Origin: an uncultured Gemmatimonadales bacterium
GTDB lineage: Bacteria > Gemmatimonadota > Gemmatimonadetes > Gemmatimonadales > GWC2-71-9
DNA length: 64,000 nucleotides
Assembly: GCA_963695555.1 (NCBI GenBank)
Contig: CAVOGR010000001.1
Location: 32,001 to 96,000, forward strand
Direction: 5' to 3'
Within the stretch, counting starts at the first letter, position 1, and the number at the start of each line of letters is the position of its first letter. Made by a program: the position numbers and the translations under genes. Below the pieces are notes generated by a model, which was not told where the DNA came from, ran no database searches, and worked only from the letters and a program-made list of their open reading frames with translations. Positions 50,142 to 59,478 of the stretch are shown here, piece after piece.

Positions 50142-50423
50142 ATGGTTATGAAGGAGATTGATCTCGACTCGGCGCGGAACATCGGGAACCAGATCGGAGT
50201 CGAGTGGCGGGTGGTGGATGTCCGGGAATTTCGCAAGGGACTCGAGGTGGAGCTCGAGCACGGCTCGCGTGATCCGCAAACCAATGTCACGAATGACGAC
50301 ATGGTACTGACGGGCAAGATCGCCTTGGCGCATCTGAAGGAAGTCCCGGATTACTACAGTCGGCTGGAGAAGATGGAAGCCGCGGCATACGCATACTGGG
50401 AGGCCAAGGGGGTCGGCGTCTAG
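50142..50423 (+). CDS. DUF5661-like small protein
   Basis: GLEVELEH...TNDD...KIALAHLKE.PDYYSRL..ME; AGGAGG RBS. Confidence 0.8.
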   Translation: MVMKEIDLDSARNIGNQIGVEWRVVDVREFRKGLEVELEHGSRDPQTNVTNDDMVLTGKIALAHLKEVPDYYSRLEKMEAAAYAYWEAKGVGV

Positions 50424-50458
50424 TCGCGTCGAGGACTCGGTCCCACGCACTGCCCATC

Positions 50459-50499
50459 AGTCCGGCCGCTCGAGGAGAGGGCGGCCGGACTCTTGTTTT
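50459..50499 (+). terminator. Rho-independent terminator-like hairpin
   Basis: AGTCCGGCCGC...GCGGCCGGACT followed by CTTGTTTT. Confidence 0.6.
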
Positions 50500-50573
50500 G
50501 GGGACGCGATGGTCCCGGGCGGCCTCCCGCCCCATATTTGCTATTGGTTCGTGCCCTATCTGCGGAGAACACC

Positions 50574-50960
50574 ATGCGTACACCAGCTGTGGCGGCCTTG
50601 CTCGCCGTGCCGACCGTTCTCGTCGGGTGTTTCGTCGCTGCGGCCGGGGCGGGGGCAGGGGCGGGAATCTACTTCACGTCACGCGGTGCCGAGTCGCTGG
50701 TCGAAGCGACGGTGGATGGGTTGGCGACTCGCACCCAGGCGACCTTCGCGGAGTTTGGCATCCGTCCCGTCAGCGAGAAGATCGATCACGAGGGCGACAC
50801 GCGTGAGTTCAAGGGGACGAAGGATGATCTCGACGTGACGGTCAAGCTCGAGCGTCGGAGCCCGACGACCACGAAGGTCGAGGTGACCGCCCGCCGCAAC
50901 ATGGCCGAGTGGGACAAGGGATATGCCCAGCAGCTCTTGGCTCGGATTGGTGCGCCCTGA
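50574..50960 (+). CDS. DUF3568-like lipoprotein
   Basis: Lipobox LVGC followed by AAAGAGAGAG..Y; GGAGA RBS. Confidence 0.75.
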   Translation: MRTPAVAALLAVPTVLVGCFVAAAGAGAGAGIYFTSRGAESLVEATVDGLATRTQATFAEFGIRPVSEKIDHEGDTREFKGTKDDLDVTVKLERRSPTTTKVEVTARRNMAEWDKGYAQQLLARIGAP

Positions 50961-50995
50961 GGCGGCGGCCCCGATCCGGCCGTGAGTGAGCATCT

Positions 50996-51157
50996 ATGGT
51001 TGAATACGCAATCCTGAATGCTGCGGTGGGTCTCAAGATCCTGGCAGCTCGCGTCACGACCTTCGTGGTGGGAATCGACTGGATGGTCGTTGCCGCGGTG
51101 GCGGGCGGTCTCATCCTACTCCGCCTGGTCATCGGAACCCGAAGGCACCGGGGCTAA
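50996..51157 (+). CDS. Putative 53-aa membrane microprotein (not in ORF track)
   Basis: MVEYAILNAAVGLKILAARVTTFVVGIDWMVVAAVAGGLILLRLVIGTRRHRG; TM segment plus basic tail; weak RBS. Confidence 0.5.
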   Translation: MVEYAILNAAVGLKILAARVTTFVVGIDWMVVAAVAGGLILLRLVIGTRRHRG

Positions 51158-51173
51158 CCGAAAACGGGTTCTC

Positions 51174-51722
51174 CTACCGACCTGTGCAGGCTGCGTATTT
51201 GGCTGGCGTGTAGCTGATCAGATTCCGCTCGGGTGACGTCTGTGAAACGCGGGTCAGATACTCACCCGGCTGATTGAGCACATCGAAGACCTTGTGCTGC
51301 CGCGCCACCTCGAGCGTGCTCTTCTCGGGAATCTTCCACGCAATATCGAGTCCGATACTGAAACGTTCGCAGGCACGTTCGGCGAGCGTGTAGAGCTTGA
51401 AGTTTCCCATGAACACCCACAACAGGCCCGTGGCTTCGTCCCGCCACACGAGGTGCTTGCTCACGGTGCGCGTCACCAGGCTCCATTGGAGCACGGTAGG
51501 TTGATCGAGGCGACTGAAGTCGCCGGTGGGGGGCAACGGCTCCATCTTACGCGTGGTCAACTGTGAACCGAACACCGCGGCACATTCGTTGATGCGGACG
51601 GCTAAGGCCCCACTGAGGCCGCACGTCTGGACCTGCTGCGCGGTTACGATCCGAGGCTGGGCAACGGCTGCCAACCCTGCGACGACCACCCACCCGAGCG
51701 TCGTTGTCCCCTTCATTGCCAT
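51174..51722 (-). CDS. Secreted protein with Lcl/DUF1566-like motif
   Basis: GAGGGAG RBS; signal peptide; VWRDEATGLLW...AERAC...WKIP. Confidence 0.6.
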   Translation of the reverse strand: MAMKGTTTLGWVVVAGLAAVAQPRIVTAQQVQTCGLSGALAVRINECAAVFGSQLTTRKMEPLPPTGDFSRLDQPTVLQWSLVTRTVSKHLVWRDEATGLLWVFMGNFKLYTLAERACERFSIGLDIAWKIPEKSTLEVARQHKVFDVLNQPGEYLTRVSQTSPERNLISYTPAKYAACTGR

Positions 51723-51958
51723 CTCTCCCTCGTGTGGGACGAATGCGGACCAAGGCCGCAAGAATGCACCGGTCAAGTTTCCGGGTGCAAGAGGTGCGCC
51801 GCCGCCACCTTCCCACTCGAAAAGGGCACGCTTGACGGTTCCCCGTCTGAGCCCTAGGCTTTCCGTGCCGCTCGGGCACGCCGAGCGGCCGGGCCAGAAT
51901 AGGCCGCGTGGCAGGGGTCTTGCCCCGGCCATGACCGGGAAGGAGGAAAGGTCACCGA

Positions 51959-52501
51959 ATGGTACGCAAACTGAGGCTCAACCTGCCGGCCGGCGCCGGT
52001 CTGGCTGCCGTCCTGCTGGTTCTGATGATAGCCCCCGCCACAGCCATGTCGCAGGAGCGCGACACCGTTGAGCGGTCTTTGGAGCAGGATATTCGGGAGC
52101 GGGTGGACTACGTCAACCGCCAGCTCTTGGTGTATCCGGCGCCGCCCAGCCTCGGTCGCTACCAGATCGACCTCCTGCCCGGCGGCAAGCTCACCATCGA
52201 CAGCTGGCTGAGCGATTCGACGACTCGGCATTACGAGGCGTACATCGAGGACATCGGCAGCGTCAATATCAACATCGAGAGCCGTGACCCGCCGTACACC
52301 ACCACGTTGTTTGTTTGCAAGACCGGTGATTGCTTCGTCGTGCGGGACAACCGGGGCATTCTCAGTGCGAAGGACCGCGGTGGATTCGATTTTGCCTTCG
52401 ACCGGCGGCTGGCTCGACAGATCGAGAAGGCCACCCAGGAATTGCTGGGCTTGGCGATGCGGGATTCGACCTACGGCCCGCCCCATAGTCGAGACAACTA
52501 G
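51959..52501 (+). CDS. Hypothetical secreted protein
   Basis: Signal peptide (ATA-MS); coding-like; CKTGDC. Confidence 0.7.
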   Translation: MVRKLRLNLPAGAGLAAVLLVLMIAPATAMSQERDTVERSLEQDIRERVDYVNRQLLVYPAPPSLGRYQIDLLPGGKLTIDSWLSDSTTRHYEAYIEDIGSVNINIESRDPPYTTTLFVCKTGDCFVVRDNRGILSAKDRGGFDFAFDRRLARQIEKATQELLGLAMRDSTYGPPHSRDN

Positions 52502-52564
52502 CCCCGATCGACCAATCCCGGGATCGCCCTAGCCGAGTTGCGATCCAGGCGTACATTCTCCTTC

Positions 52565-52858
52565 ATGACGGATCAATACCCCGTTCGAGAGGCGCGTTTG
52601 CGTCCGGAGTATTCCGATCTGTACCCTGCGCTCGCGCCGGGTAAGTGGGAACCGGCTACCACCATCGGTGCGCGCATTCTAATGTGGCAGCTCCGACAGC
52701 CTGGGCCAGTCGACCTCGGCGACCGTCTATTGAACAGCCTGCATTTCGAGTTCCGCGGTGGAGTCCCCGCGGGGCACCCGCGGTATGGCGTGCGAACGCG
52801 CCGAGAAGACCAGCCGGCGCGGAGTGCACGTGAAGGGCGCGGGCCGAAGGAGCAGTAA
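52565..52858 (+). CDS. Hypothetical protein
   Basis: REARLRPEY..LYP.L.PG.W...L...HFEFRGG; coding-like. Confidence 0.65.
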   Translation: MTDQYPVREARLRPEYSDLYPALAPGKWEPATTIGARILMWQLRQPGPVDLGDRLLNSLHFEFRGGVPAGHPRYGVRTRREDQPARSAREGRGPKEQ

Positions 52859-53420
52859 CACGCGGTATCCGCACGTCCTCGGCATCGACGACGCCCCGTT
52901 CGACAAGCGCCAATCTGGGCCGGTTCCCATTGTCGGCGTGATGATGGAAGGCGCGACTGTGGTGGAAAGCGTCGTTATCGGGGCATTCCCGGTAGATGGG
53001 AGTGATGCGACCGCTTACCTTTCTCGATGGATCGTGGGGTTGAGGTTCTTCCGGGCGGTGCAGGCGGTCATTCTGGGCGGGGTTACCATCGCAGGGCTCG
53101 GGGTCGTTGATGTGGACCTGCTGTCCCGCGAACTCGAGCGCCCGGTACTCGTGGTGACGCGCCGCAATCCCTCCGGTTCCGACCTCGAGCGTGCCCTGCG
53201 GGCCGCCGGCTTGACCGACCGAGTCCCGATTCTCCTTCGCTGCCCGGCTGCGGCGCCCGTGTCCGAGGGCCTCTTCTTGGCGCATGCCGGGGTTACGCCT
53301 GAGGAGGCCAGACACCTCGTCGCGGCGACCGTGGGGAAGGCCCACGTTCCCGAGCCGCTCCGGGTCGCACATCTCATTGCCCGCGCCCTGGTCCTGGGCG
53401 AATCGCGCGGCCGGGTCTAG
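52830..53420 (+). CDS. DUF99/UPF0215 family (endonuclease V-like, endonuclease dU); start uncertain
   Basis: VLGIDDAPF, VDGSDAT, GVTIAGLGVVD, PEPLRVAHLIA. Confidence 0.85.
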   Translation: MKGAGRRSSNTRYPHVLGIDDAPFDKRQSGPVPIVGVMMEGATVVESVVIGAFPVDGSDATAYLSRWIVGLRFFRAVQAVILGGVTIAGLGVVDVDLLSRELERPVLVVTRRNPSGSDLERALRAAGLTDRVPILLRCPAAAPVSEGLFLAHAGVTPEEARHLVAATVGKAHVPEPLRVAHLIARALVLGESRGRV

Positions 53421-53450
53421 GCGCGCTCGACATTCTCAAAGGGCCGACCT

Positions 53451-54845
53451 ATGGCACTGCTCATTCAACACGGCGACATCATCACGGCCTCGGACCGCTA
53501 CCGGGCGGATATCTATTGCGAGGGCGATGTCATCAGTCGGATCGCGCCGGAGATTCCGCGCGCGAGCGTGTCCGGCGAGGTGGAGGTCATCGACGCGACA
53601 GGGCAGTATGTCTTGCCCGGCTTCATCGATCCGCATGTCCACATCCATCTTCCCTTCATGGGAACGCTTGCCAAGGACGATTACGAATCGGCGAGCAAAG
53701 CGGCGCTGGTGGGCGGAACCACGACGCTCATCGAAATGATCTGCCCAGGCCCGACGGACGAGCCCCTCGCCGCTTTCGAAACGTGGAACGCCAAGGCCGC
53801 ACCGCTCGCGGCCGTCGACTACACCTTCCACATGTCAGTCGTCCGGTTCGACAAGGCGGCGCAGGCCCAGTTCCGTGAACTCGTGACCCGGCACGGCATG
53901 CCGTCCTTCAAGGTGTTCTTGGCGTACAAAGGAGCGCTGAATCTGTCCGACGAGGACCTGTTCGGCACCCTGCGGCTTGCGAAAGAACTTGGCGTCATCG
54001 TGACCGCGCACTGCGAAAACGCCGAGGTCATCGATGCCATGCAGCGTGCGCTGGAAGGCGATGGCAAGACCGGTCCTGAGTGGCACTACCAGTCGCGGCC
54101 ACCGATCGTGGAGGCCGAAGGTGTTCATCACTTAGCGACATTCGCCGAGCTCACCGGGGCGCACATCTATACCGTGCATACCTCTTGTGAGGCCGCGGTG
54201 CGATCCGCACTCGACGCGCGCTATCGTGGTGTCAACATATGGATCGAAGCCGTAGTCCCGCATCTCATGCTGGACAAGACCTATGCCGAACGGCCCAACT
54301 TCGAGGGAGCCAAGTACGTGATGTCGCCGCCGCTGCGCGAGCGGCATAATCAAGCTGTGCTCTGGAACGGCCTCCGACAGCGGTTGATCAGCACGGTTGG
54401 GACCGACCACGCCCCATTCGATTTCGTTGGGCAAAAGGACATGGGACGTGAGGCCTTTACCAAGATCCCGAACGGGGTTCCGTCCATCCAAGAGCGGGTC
54501 AATCTGGTTCACACCTATGGCGTCGAAGCAGGTCGCATCGATCTCCCGACCATGGTCGACGCCCTCAGCACGCAGGCGGCGAGGCTATTCGGGATGTATC
54601 CGAAGAAGGGCACCATCGCTGTGGGAAGCGATGCCGACCTCGTGGTGTACGACCCGTCATATCGAGGAGTGTTCTCGCTCGCGTCGAGCCATTCCAAGGT
54701 CGACTATTGCGCTTACGACGGATGGGAGCAGAAAGGGCGCCCCACCATCGTAACCGTCCGAGGCGAAGTGCAGGTGCGGGACGGAGAGTTCGTCGGGCGC
54801 CTTGGCAGGGGCCGGCTCGTTCGCCGGGAGCCAACCCACTTCTAG
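53451..54845 (+). CDS. hydA: Dihydropyrimidinase (hydantoinase)
   Basis: PGFIDPHVH, GGTTT, SFKVFLAY (carboxylated Lys), HCEN, YVMSPPLR, GTDHAPF, KKGTIAVGSDAD. Confidence 0.94.
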   Translation: MALLIQHGDIITASDRYRADIYCEGDVISRIAPEIPRASVSGEVEVIDATGQYVLPGFIDPHVHIHLPFMGTLAKDDYESASKAALVGGTTTLIEMICPGPTDEPLAAFETWNAKAAPLAAVDYTFHMSVVRFDKAAQAQFRELVTRHGMPSFKVFLAYKGALNLSDEDLFGTLRLAKELGVIVTAHCENAEVIDAMQRALEGDGKTGPEWHYQSRPPIVEAEGVHHLATFAELTGAHIYTVHTSCEAAVRSALDARYRGVNIWIEAVVPHLMLDKTYAERPNFEGAKYVMSPPLRERHNQAVLWNGLRQRLISTVGTDHAPFDFVGQKDMGREAFTKIPNGVPSIQERVNLVHTYGVEAGRIDLPTMVDALSTQAARLFGMYPKKGTIAVGSDADLVVYDPSYRGVFSLASSHSKVDYCAYDGWEQKGRPTIVTVRGEVQVRDGEFVGRLGRGRLVRREPTHF

Positions 54846-54858
54846 CGCCGCACGGCGG

Positions 54859-55050
54859 CTAGCAATGGTGGCAGCGGATCTCATCGAAGATGAGATCCGG
54901 ATCGCCGTCGCTCCTGGCATGATCCAATACGATGCGGAGTGCTTTGGCCACATCGGGAAGACCGTATGTCTCCACCATGTCCTCGAGCCATGCCAGCTGA
55001 TCCGGGTTGAGCTCGAAGGCGTGCTCGACCTTGGTACCCCCCATGGTCAT
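54859..55050 (-). CDS. Small acidic protein ending in RCHHC
   Basis: 63 aa, coding-like, GGAG upstream; WLEDM..YGLPD..KALR.VLD..D.IF..IRC..C. Confidence 0.65.
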   Translation of the reverse strand: MTMGGTKVEHAFELNPDQLAWLEDMVETYGLPDVAKALRIVLDHARSDGDPDLIFDEIRCHHC

Positions 55051-55252
55051 CTCCCGCGTTGTGAGGTCATCGCACCATCGCGTTGAGCCATCTTAGGGTT
55101 GGGCGGGGTCGGGGGCAATAGCCAACGTGGCCGCGCCGGTCTGAAATTTGCCTCCCGTTGCCAGTTCGCCCAATCGTGTCTCCCCGAGGGTTTTTCGTCT
55201 TGCAGTTCGCCGCAATGCCGGAATCCCGCAGGGACCTGAGTGGAGGAGCACC

Positions 55253-56569
55253 ATGTACCGAACGGCCATGCGACAGATTCTCGTGCTCGCCATCGCGGGA
55301 TTCTTTACTGCCTGCGCGAGTGCCGGAAAACGCTTCGAGCAGGGCGCCGAACTCGAGGCCAAGGGGCAATACACCGAAGCAGCGGAGCGCTACATCCAAG
55401 CCCTCCGGAAAGACCGCACCCACTCGGAATCCGCCGACCGCCTGGCGGAGGTAGGCCCCAAGGCGATTGACGAGTACCTGGCGCTGGCCCAGGCCGGGCA
55501 GGCCGCGGGAAGCCAGGTTCGGATGGCCGACCACTATCATGCCATCGATCGGTTGGTGTCCGACGCGGCGGCGGTGGGCGTTCCGCTCACGCTTGCTGAC
55601 GAATACGGGGCCGAACGTCGAGCGGTGATGCGGGCGGCGGTTGACCAACTGGTGAGTGAAGGTCTGGCCGCGGAGGAGCGGCGCCGTTTCTCGGAGGCCA
55701 TCCAGAGCTACGATCGCGCCGATCGGTATGAGCCCAATGGCGAGCAGCGCTCACGGTTGTACGAGGCTCAGGTGCGGGCGACCGTGGATTGGGCGGAGGC
55801 CGATCTTGCGGCCCGTCGCTACCGCTCCGCGCTGGCTCATGCCGACCAAGCGGTGGCCTTATTGGGCGGCCCAGACCGGCCGGAGGCCCGGCGCGCCGTG
55901 AGTCTCCGGGCCGCGGCGTTGGAGCGAGGCACCATCTTCGTCGCCATGGCGCCGCTGTGGCGCTCGGACGGGGCGGCGCAGCTCATGACCGAAGAATTCC
56001 TCGATGCCCTGAACGACGAACTCGAGCTCCGCTACTGGACCGAGCCGCCGCTGTTTGTCGTGTCGGTCGATCCGGTGGAAGTGCGCCGTGAGCTCCGCCG
56101 TCAGCGGTACACCCGGACCGTGCTCACCCCGCGTGAGGCGGCTCGGGTGGGACGCGACCTCGAGGCCAGCTTCTTCGTTACCGGCGAGATCGACATCTTC
56201 ACCCTGACCGAGCGGGACGTCCGCCGCGAAACCCGGAAAGCCCGGACCCGGGCCGGGCGCGACGTTACCTACACCCTCGAGTCCGGCACCATGACCTACC
56301 GGGTGCGGGTTACCTACTTGGTGATGGATGTGCGACGGGGACGGGAAGTGCGGCGAGCGAGTGTCGATGTCTCAGAGTCTGGAGACTTCGAACGCGGAAC
56401 GTACGAGGGGAACGCCGCCGAGCTGGAACTGACCCGGAACGAGAGCCGGTACTTCGATCCCGGCCGCCGGCGCGACGCGGAGCAAGACCTCGAGGAGCGG
56501 GTGGTCCGGAAGCTCTCCGCCCAGCTTGCCGAACAGGTATATCGCGACGTGCTCCGCTTCGTTCCCTAG
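55253..56569 (+). CDS. TPR-like lipoprotein
   Basis: GGAGGAG RBS; lipobox FTAC; helical repeats then an alpha/beta C-domain. Confidence 0.78.
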   Translation: MYRTAMRQILVLAIAGFFTACASAGKRFEQGAELEAKGQYTEAAERYIQALRKDRTHSESADRLAEVGPKAIDEYLALAQAGQAAGSQVRMADHYHAIDRLVSDAAAVGVPLTLADEYGAERRAVMRAAVDQLVSEGLAAEERRRFSEAIQSYDRADRYEPNGEQRSRLYEAQVRATVDWAEADLAARRYRSALAHADQAVALLGGPDRPEARRAVSLRAAALERGTIFVAMAPLWRSDGAAQLMTEEFLDALNDELELRYWTEPPLFVVSVDPVEVRRELRRQRYTRTVLTPREAARVGRDLEASFFVTGEIDIFTLTERDVRRETRKARTRAGRDVTYTLESGTMTYRVRVTYLVMDVRRGREVRRASVDVSESGDFERGTYEGNAAELELTRNESRYFDPGRRRDAEQDLEERVVRKLSAQLAEQVYRDVLRFVP

Positions 56570-56659
56570 CCGCCCGCGGGCAGCACGTCAGCCGTTTCCC
56601 GCTGGCGCGTCGCGGGATGGCGACCTAGATTGAGCGCCTCCTCTTCCTAGCGAGCCGCA

Positions 56660-57091
56660 ATGCGACGCGTGTTCTTCCTGGCCCTTCTGGCAATTGTGGC
56701 CGGCATGCTCTCGACGCCGCTCCACGCCCAGACCCTCGAGGCCGGTACTTGGTTCGGCTCCATGCAGCCGCCGGAAACCCCAGAGCCTTTCAGAATAGGC
56801 TACGAAGTCTCCTACGACGGCGATGTCATGCGTATCGTCGCGCTGGGCGGCGACAACTCCCTCGTCCTCAATGAGGCCCGTTTCGAAAACGGCAATCTCG
56901 TCTACTGGTTTCAACCGGGTCCCCGTGTGGATTGCGTCCTCGAGCCGGATGGGAAGGACACCTATGCCGGCGACTGCTCCGACACGGACGGCGCCACCGG
57001 CCAAATGATGATCACGCGCGAGGAAAGCAGAGTTGCCGGCCTGAAGTCGGTCGAGGAGATGGAGGGTGGGGGCGGCGGTGCGAACCACTAA
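56660..57091 (+). CDS. Hypothetical secreted protein
   Basis: Signal peptide (LHA-Q); GTWFG; one Cys pair. Confidence 0.72.
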   Translation: MRRVFFLALLAIVAGMLSTPLHAQTLEAGTWFGSMQPPETPEPFRIGYEVSYDGDVMRIVALGGDNSLVLNEARFENGNLVYWFQPGPRVDCVLEPDGKDTYAGDCSDTDGATGQMMITREESRVAGLKSVEEMEGGGGGANH

Positions 57092-57120
57092 TCGCGAGAC
57101 CTCCGACTGATGTGCGCCAC

Positions 57121-57150
57121 GGCGGCGGGAGAGCGGTCCCCGCCGCCTTT
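57121..57150 (+). terminator. Terminator-like hairpin
   Basis: GGCGGCGGG...CCCGCCGCC followed by TTT. Confidence 0.5.
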
Positions 57151-57238
57151 GCCTTCCGCTCGAGCGGTGCGCGAGCGGAAGGCGCGCTCTCGGCTCGTCA
57201 CCCCTTGGTGCTGAAGACCACGTGATACCAAATGACCC

Positions 57239-58783
57239 GTGACCACTGACACGACCCCTCTCTCTACTCCCCCGCATATTCAGTTTGTGAGCGGCGGGCC
57301 CAGCTCCTACGGAATCCCACAGGATCTGATCGCACGCGCATCATATCGGTTGGGAGTGGCGGCGCTCATTTACTCGCTGGTCTATTTCTTGGCCTACGGC
57401 TTGGCCCGGATGACCCAGAACATGCCCGGCATGGGCATGCCCAATGACCTCCTCGCCGGCACGTTCATTGTGCTTGGGCTCCTCATGTTTCTGGTCGTGC
57501 GGAGCGGGCGGATCGACAATCGTATCCTGCTCGACCTCGGCCTGATCTTCCAGGTCCTGGGGGCGGCGGGCATCGAAGTCAGCGTGCTGTTCGTGCCGGA
57601 CATGGACTTCAGCTACGTTGGCCTCTCGTGGACCTGCGTCTGGATTGTGGTCTTCCCGCTGCTGGTGCCCGCCACCATGGGGAAGGCGTTTCTCGCCGCG
57701 GTTGCGTCGGCCTCCATGCTGCCGCTTGCACTCCTGCTCCGGTCGGCCCGTGGGCTCACGTTCCCGGGCGCCGAGCACCTGGTGCAGATGGTGGCGCCGG
57801 GATTCATCTGTGTCGGGATCGCGATGGTGGGACTCCGCGTCATCACCAATCTCGGCAAGGACGTGAGCAAGGCGCGCAGTCTGGGGAGTTATCACCTGGT
57901 GGAGCGGCTGGGACAGGGCGGGATGGGTGAGGTGTGGCGCGCGGACCACCGGCTCCTGGCGCGGACGGCGGCGGTCAAGTTCATCAGACCCGAAGCGTTC
58001 GGCGCGCTGGACGCGGCCGGCAAGGAACAGCTGCTCCGTCGCTTCGAGCGCGAGGCCCGGGCGACTGCCCAGCTGACCTCTCCCAGCACAATCGCCCTCC
58101 ATGACTTCGGCGTGAGTGACGAGGGCGTGTTCTACTATGTGATGGAGCTCCTTCGGGGCCTCGACCTGCAAACGCTGGTCCACCGGTTTGGCCCGGTCCC
58201 GGCGGCCCGCGCCGTCCACTTCCTCGTTCAGATTTGCGATTCCCTGGCGGAGGCCCACGCGACCGGGCTGGTGCACCGTGATATCAAGCCGGCCAACATC
58301 TTTGCCTGCCGCCTCGGCGTGGAGTACGACCGGATCAAGGTGCTGGACTTCGGCCTCGTCAAATCGCGCGAATCATCGGGCCTCACCACCCAGGCCTCGC
58401 CCGCCGGCACACCGGCCTTCATGGCGCCGGAAATGGTAATGGGCGAGCCAAGCATCGACGGCCGGGCCGATCTCTACGCGGTCGGGTGTTTGGCATATTG
58501 GCTGTTGAGCGGAGAGCTGGTGTTCTCGCGCTCGAATGTGGTGCAGCTCGCCTTCGACCACGTGCATGCCGCCCCGCGGCCGCTCTCGGAGCGCACCGAA
58601 CTTACGGTACCCGAGGGGCTGGAAGCCGCCATCATGGCCTGCCTGGAAAAAGACCCCGCGAACCGGCCCCAGACCGCGGGTCAGCTGCGGGATCTCCTCG
58701 AACGCGGGGCTGGTGAGTTGCCTTGGAGCCGTGCCGATGCGCGGCAATGGTGGACCACGCATCTGCCGGAATTGGCCCAGTAA
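57239..58783 (+). CDS. Ser/Thr kinase with N-terminal multi-pass membrane domain
   Basis: About 6 hydrophobic segments, then GQGGMGEVW, HRDIKPAN, DFG, GTPAFMAPE. Confidence 0.94.
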   Translation: MTTDTTPLSTPPHIQFVSGGPSSYGIPQDLIARASYRLGVAALIYSLVYFLAYGLARMTQNMPGMGMPNDLLAGTFIVLGLLMFLVVRSGRIDNRILLDLGLIFQVLGAAGIEVSVLFVPDMDFSYVGLSWTCVWIVVFPLLVPATMGKAFLAAVASASMLPLALLLRSARGLTFPGAEHLVQMVAPGFICVGIAMVGLRVITNLGKDVSKARSLGSYHLVERLGQGGMGEVWRADHRLLARTAAVKFIRPEAFGALDAAGKEQLLRRFEREARATAQLTSPSTIALHDFGVSDEGVFYYVMELLRGLDLQTLVHRFGPVPAARAVHFLVQICDSLAEAHATGLVHRDIKPANIFACRLGVEYDRIKVLDFGLVKSRESSGLTTQASPAGTPAFMAPEMVMGEPSIDGRADLYAVGCLAYWLLSGELVFSRSNVVQLAFDHVHAAPRPLSERTELTVPEGLEAAIMACLEKDPANRPQTAGQLRDLLERGAGELPWSRADARQWWTTHLPELAQ

Positions 58784-58792
58784 GACCCTAGC

Positions 58793-59362
58793 CTATGAGG
58801 CGAGGGTCTCTTCCATCTCCTTCAGGGCACGCCGTAGGATCTCGACGACTTTTTGGGTCCGCTCATCGTCCGACCCCGTCTTCCAGGCCTGCTTGTAGGC
58901 CATGCCGGCCATTCGGGCAAACGCCTCGTTCAAGTCGGCCATGGAACCGCCGGCCAGGTCGCGCACCACGTCGCGCACCCGGTCGATGATGTCGTCGAGC
59001 ACATCGCGATGCTCCTCGAGGAATGCCTCACCCTCGGGGGTGATGTGATACACCTTCTTGCCCTCTTCTTCGACGATGCGCACGTAGCCCTGATCTTCGA
59101 GTAGTTGGAGGGTTGGGTAGACCGTTCCGGCGGAGGGACTGTACCAGCCGCCAAATTTTTCCTCCAACGCCTTGATGACTTCGTAGCCGTGGCGCGGCTT
59201 CTCCTTCACCAGGCGCAGGATCACGTACTTCATTTCGCCCGATTCGAACATCTGCTGGCGGCGCCGGCTCCGCCCGCGGGGGGCGCTACCGCAAAAGGCC
59301 CAGGCCCGGGGGCCGAACCCGGCGGTGAAGAATTCACCGCAATCCCAGCTATCGCGTGACAT
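58793..59362 (-). CDS. PadR-family transcriptional regulator (YqjI-like)
   Basis: KPRHGYEVIK, YSPSAGTVYPTLQLLED.G, KKVYHITPEG; GGAGG RBS before ATG 59362. Confidence 0.93.
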   Translation of the reverse strand: MSRDSWDCGEFFTAGFGPRAWAFCGSAPRGRSRRRQQMFESGEMKYVILRLVKEKPRHGYEVIKALEEKFGGWYSPSAGTVYPTLQLLEDQGYVRIVEEEGKKVYHITPEGEAFLEEHRDVLDDIIDRVRDVVRDLAGGSMADLNEAFARMAGMAYKQAWKTGSDDERTQKVVEILRRALKEMEETLAS

Positions 59363-59376
59363 AGGCCCTCCAAAAT

Positions 59377-59435
59377 GCGACATATCGTACATTATATCGT
59401 ACGATATATCTTATACTGTTCGGGGCAGGAGTCAA
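59377..59435 (-). promoter_or_regulatory. padR promoter overlapped by three tandem 12-bp operator-like palindromes
   Basis: Minus-strand TTGACT-N16-TAAGAT; GCGACATATCGT, ACATTATATCGT, ACGATATATCTT at 59377-59412. Confidence 0.7.
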
Positions 59436-59478
59436 GCGCTGTCTCGCATCCTCCCGGTGCCCGGGCTACCATCCAACC

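Noticed and set aside
51174..51722. Diversity-generating retroelement
   Set aside because: No reverse transcriptase and no TR/VR repeat pair seen in the window
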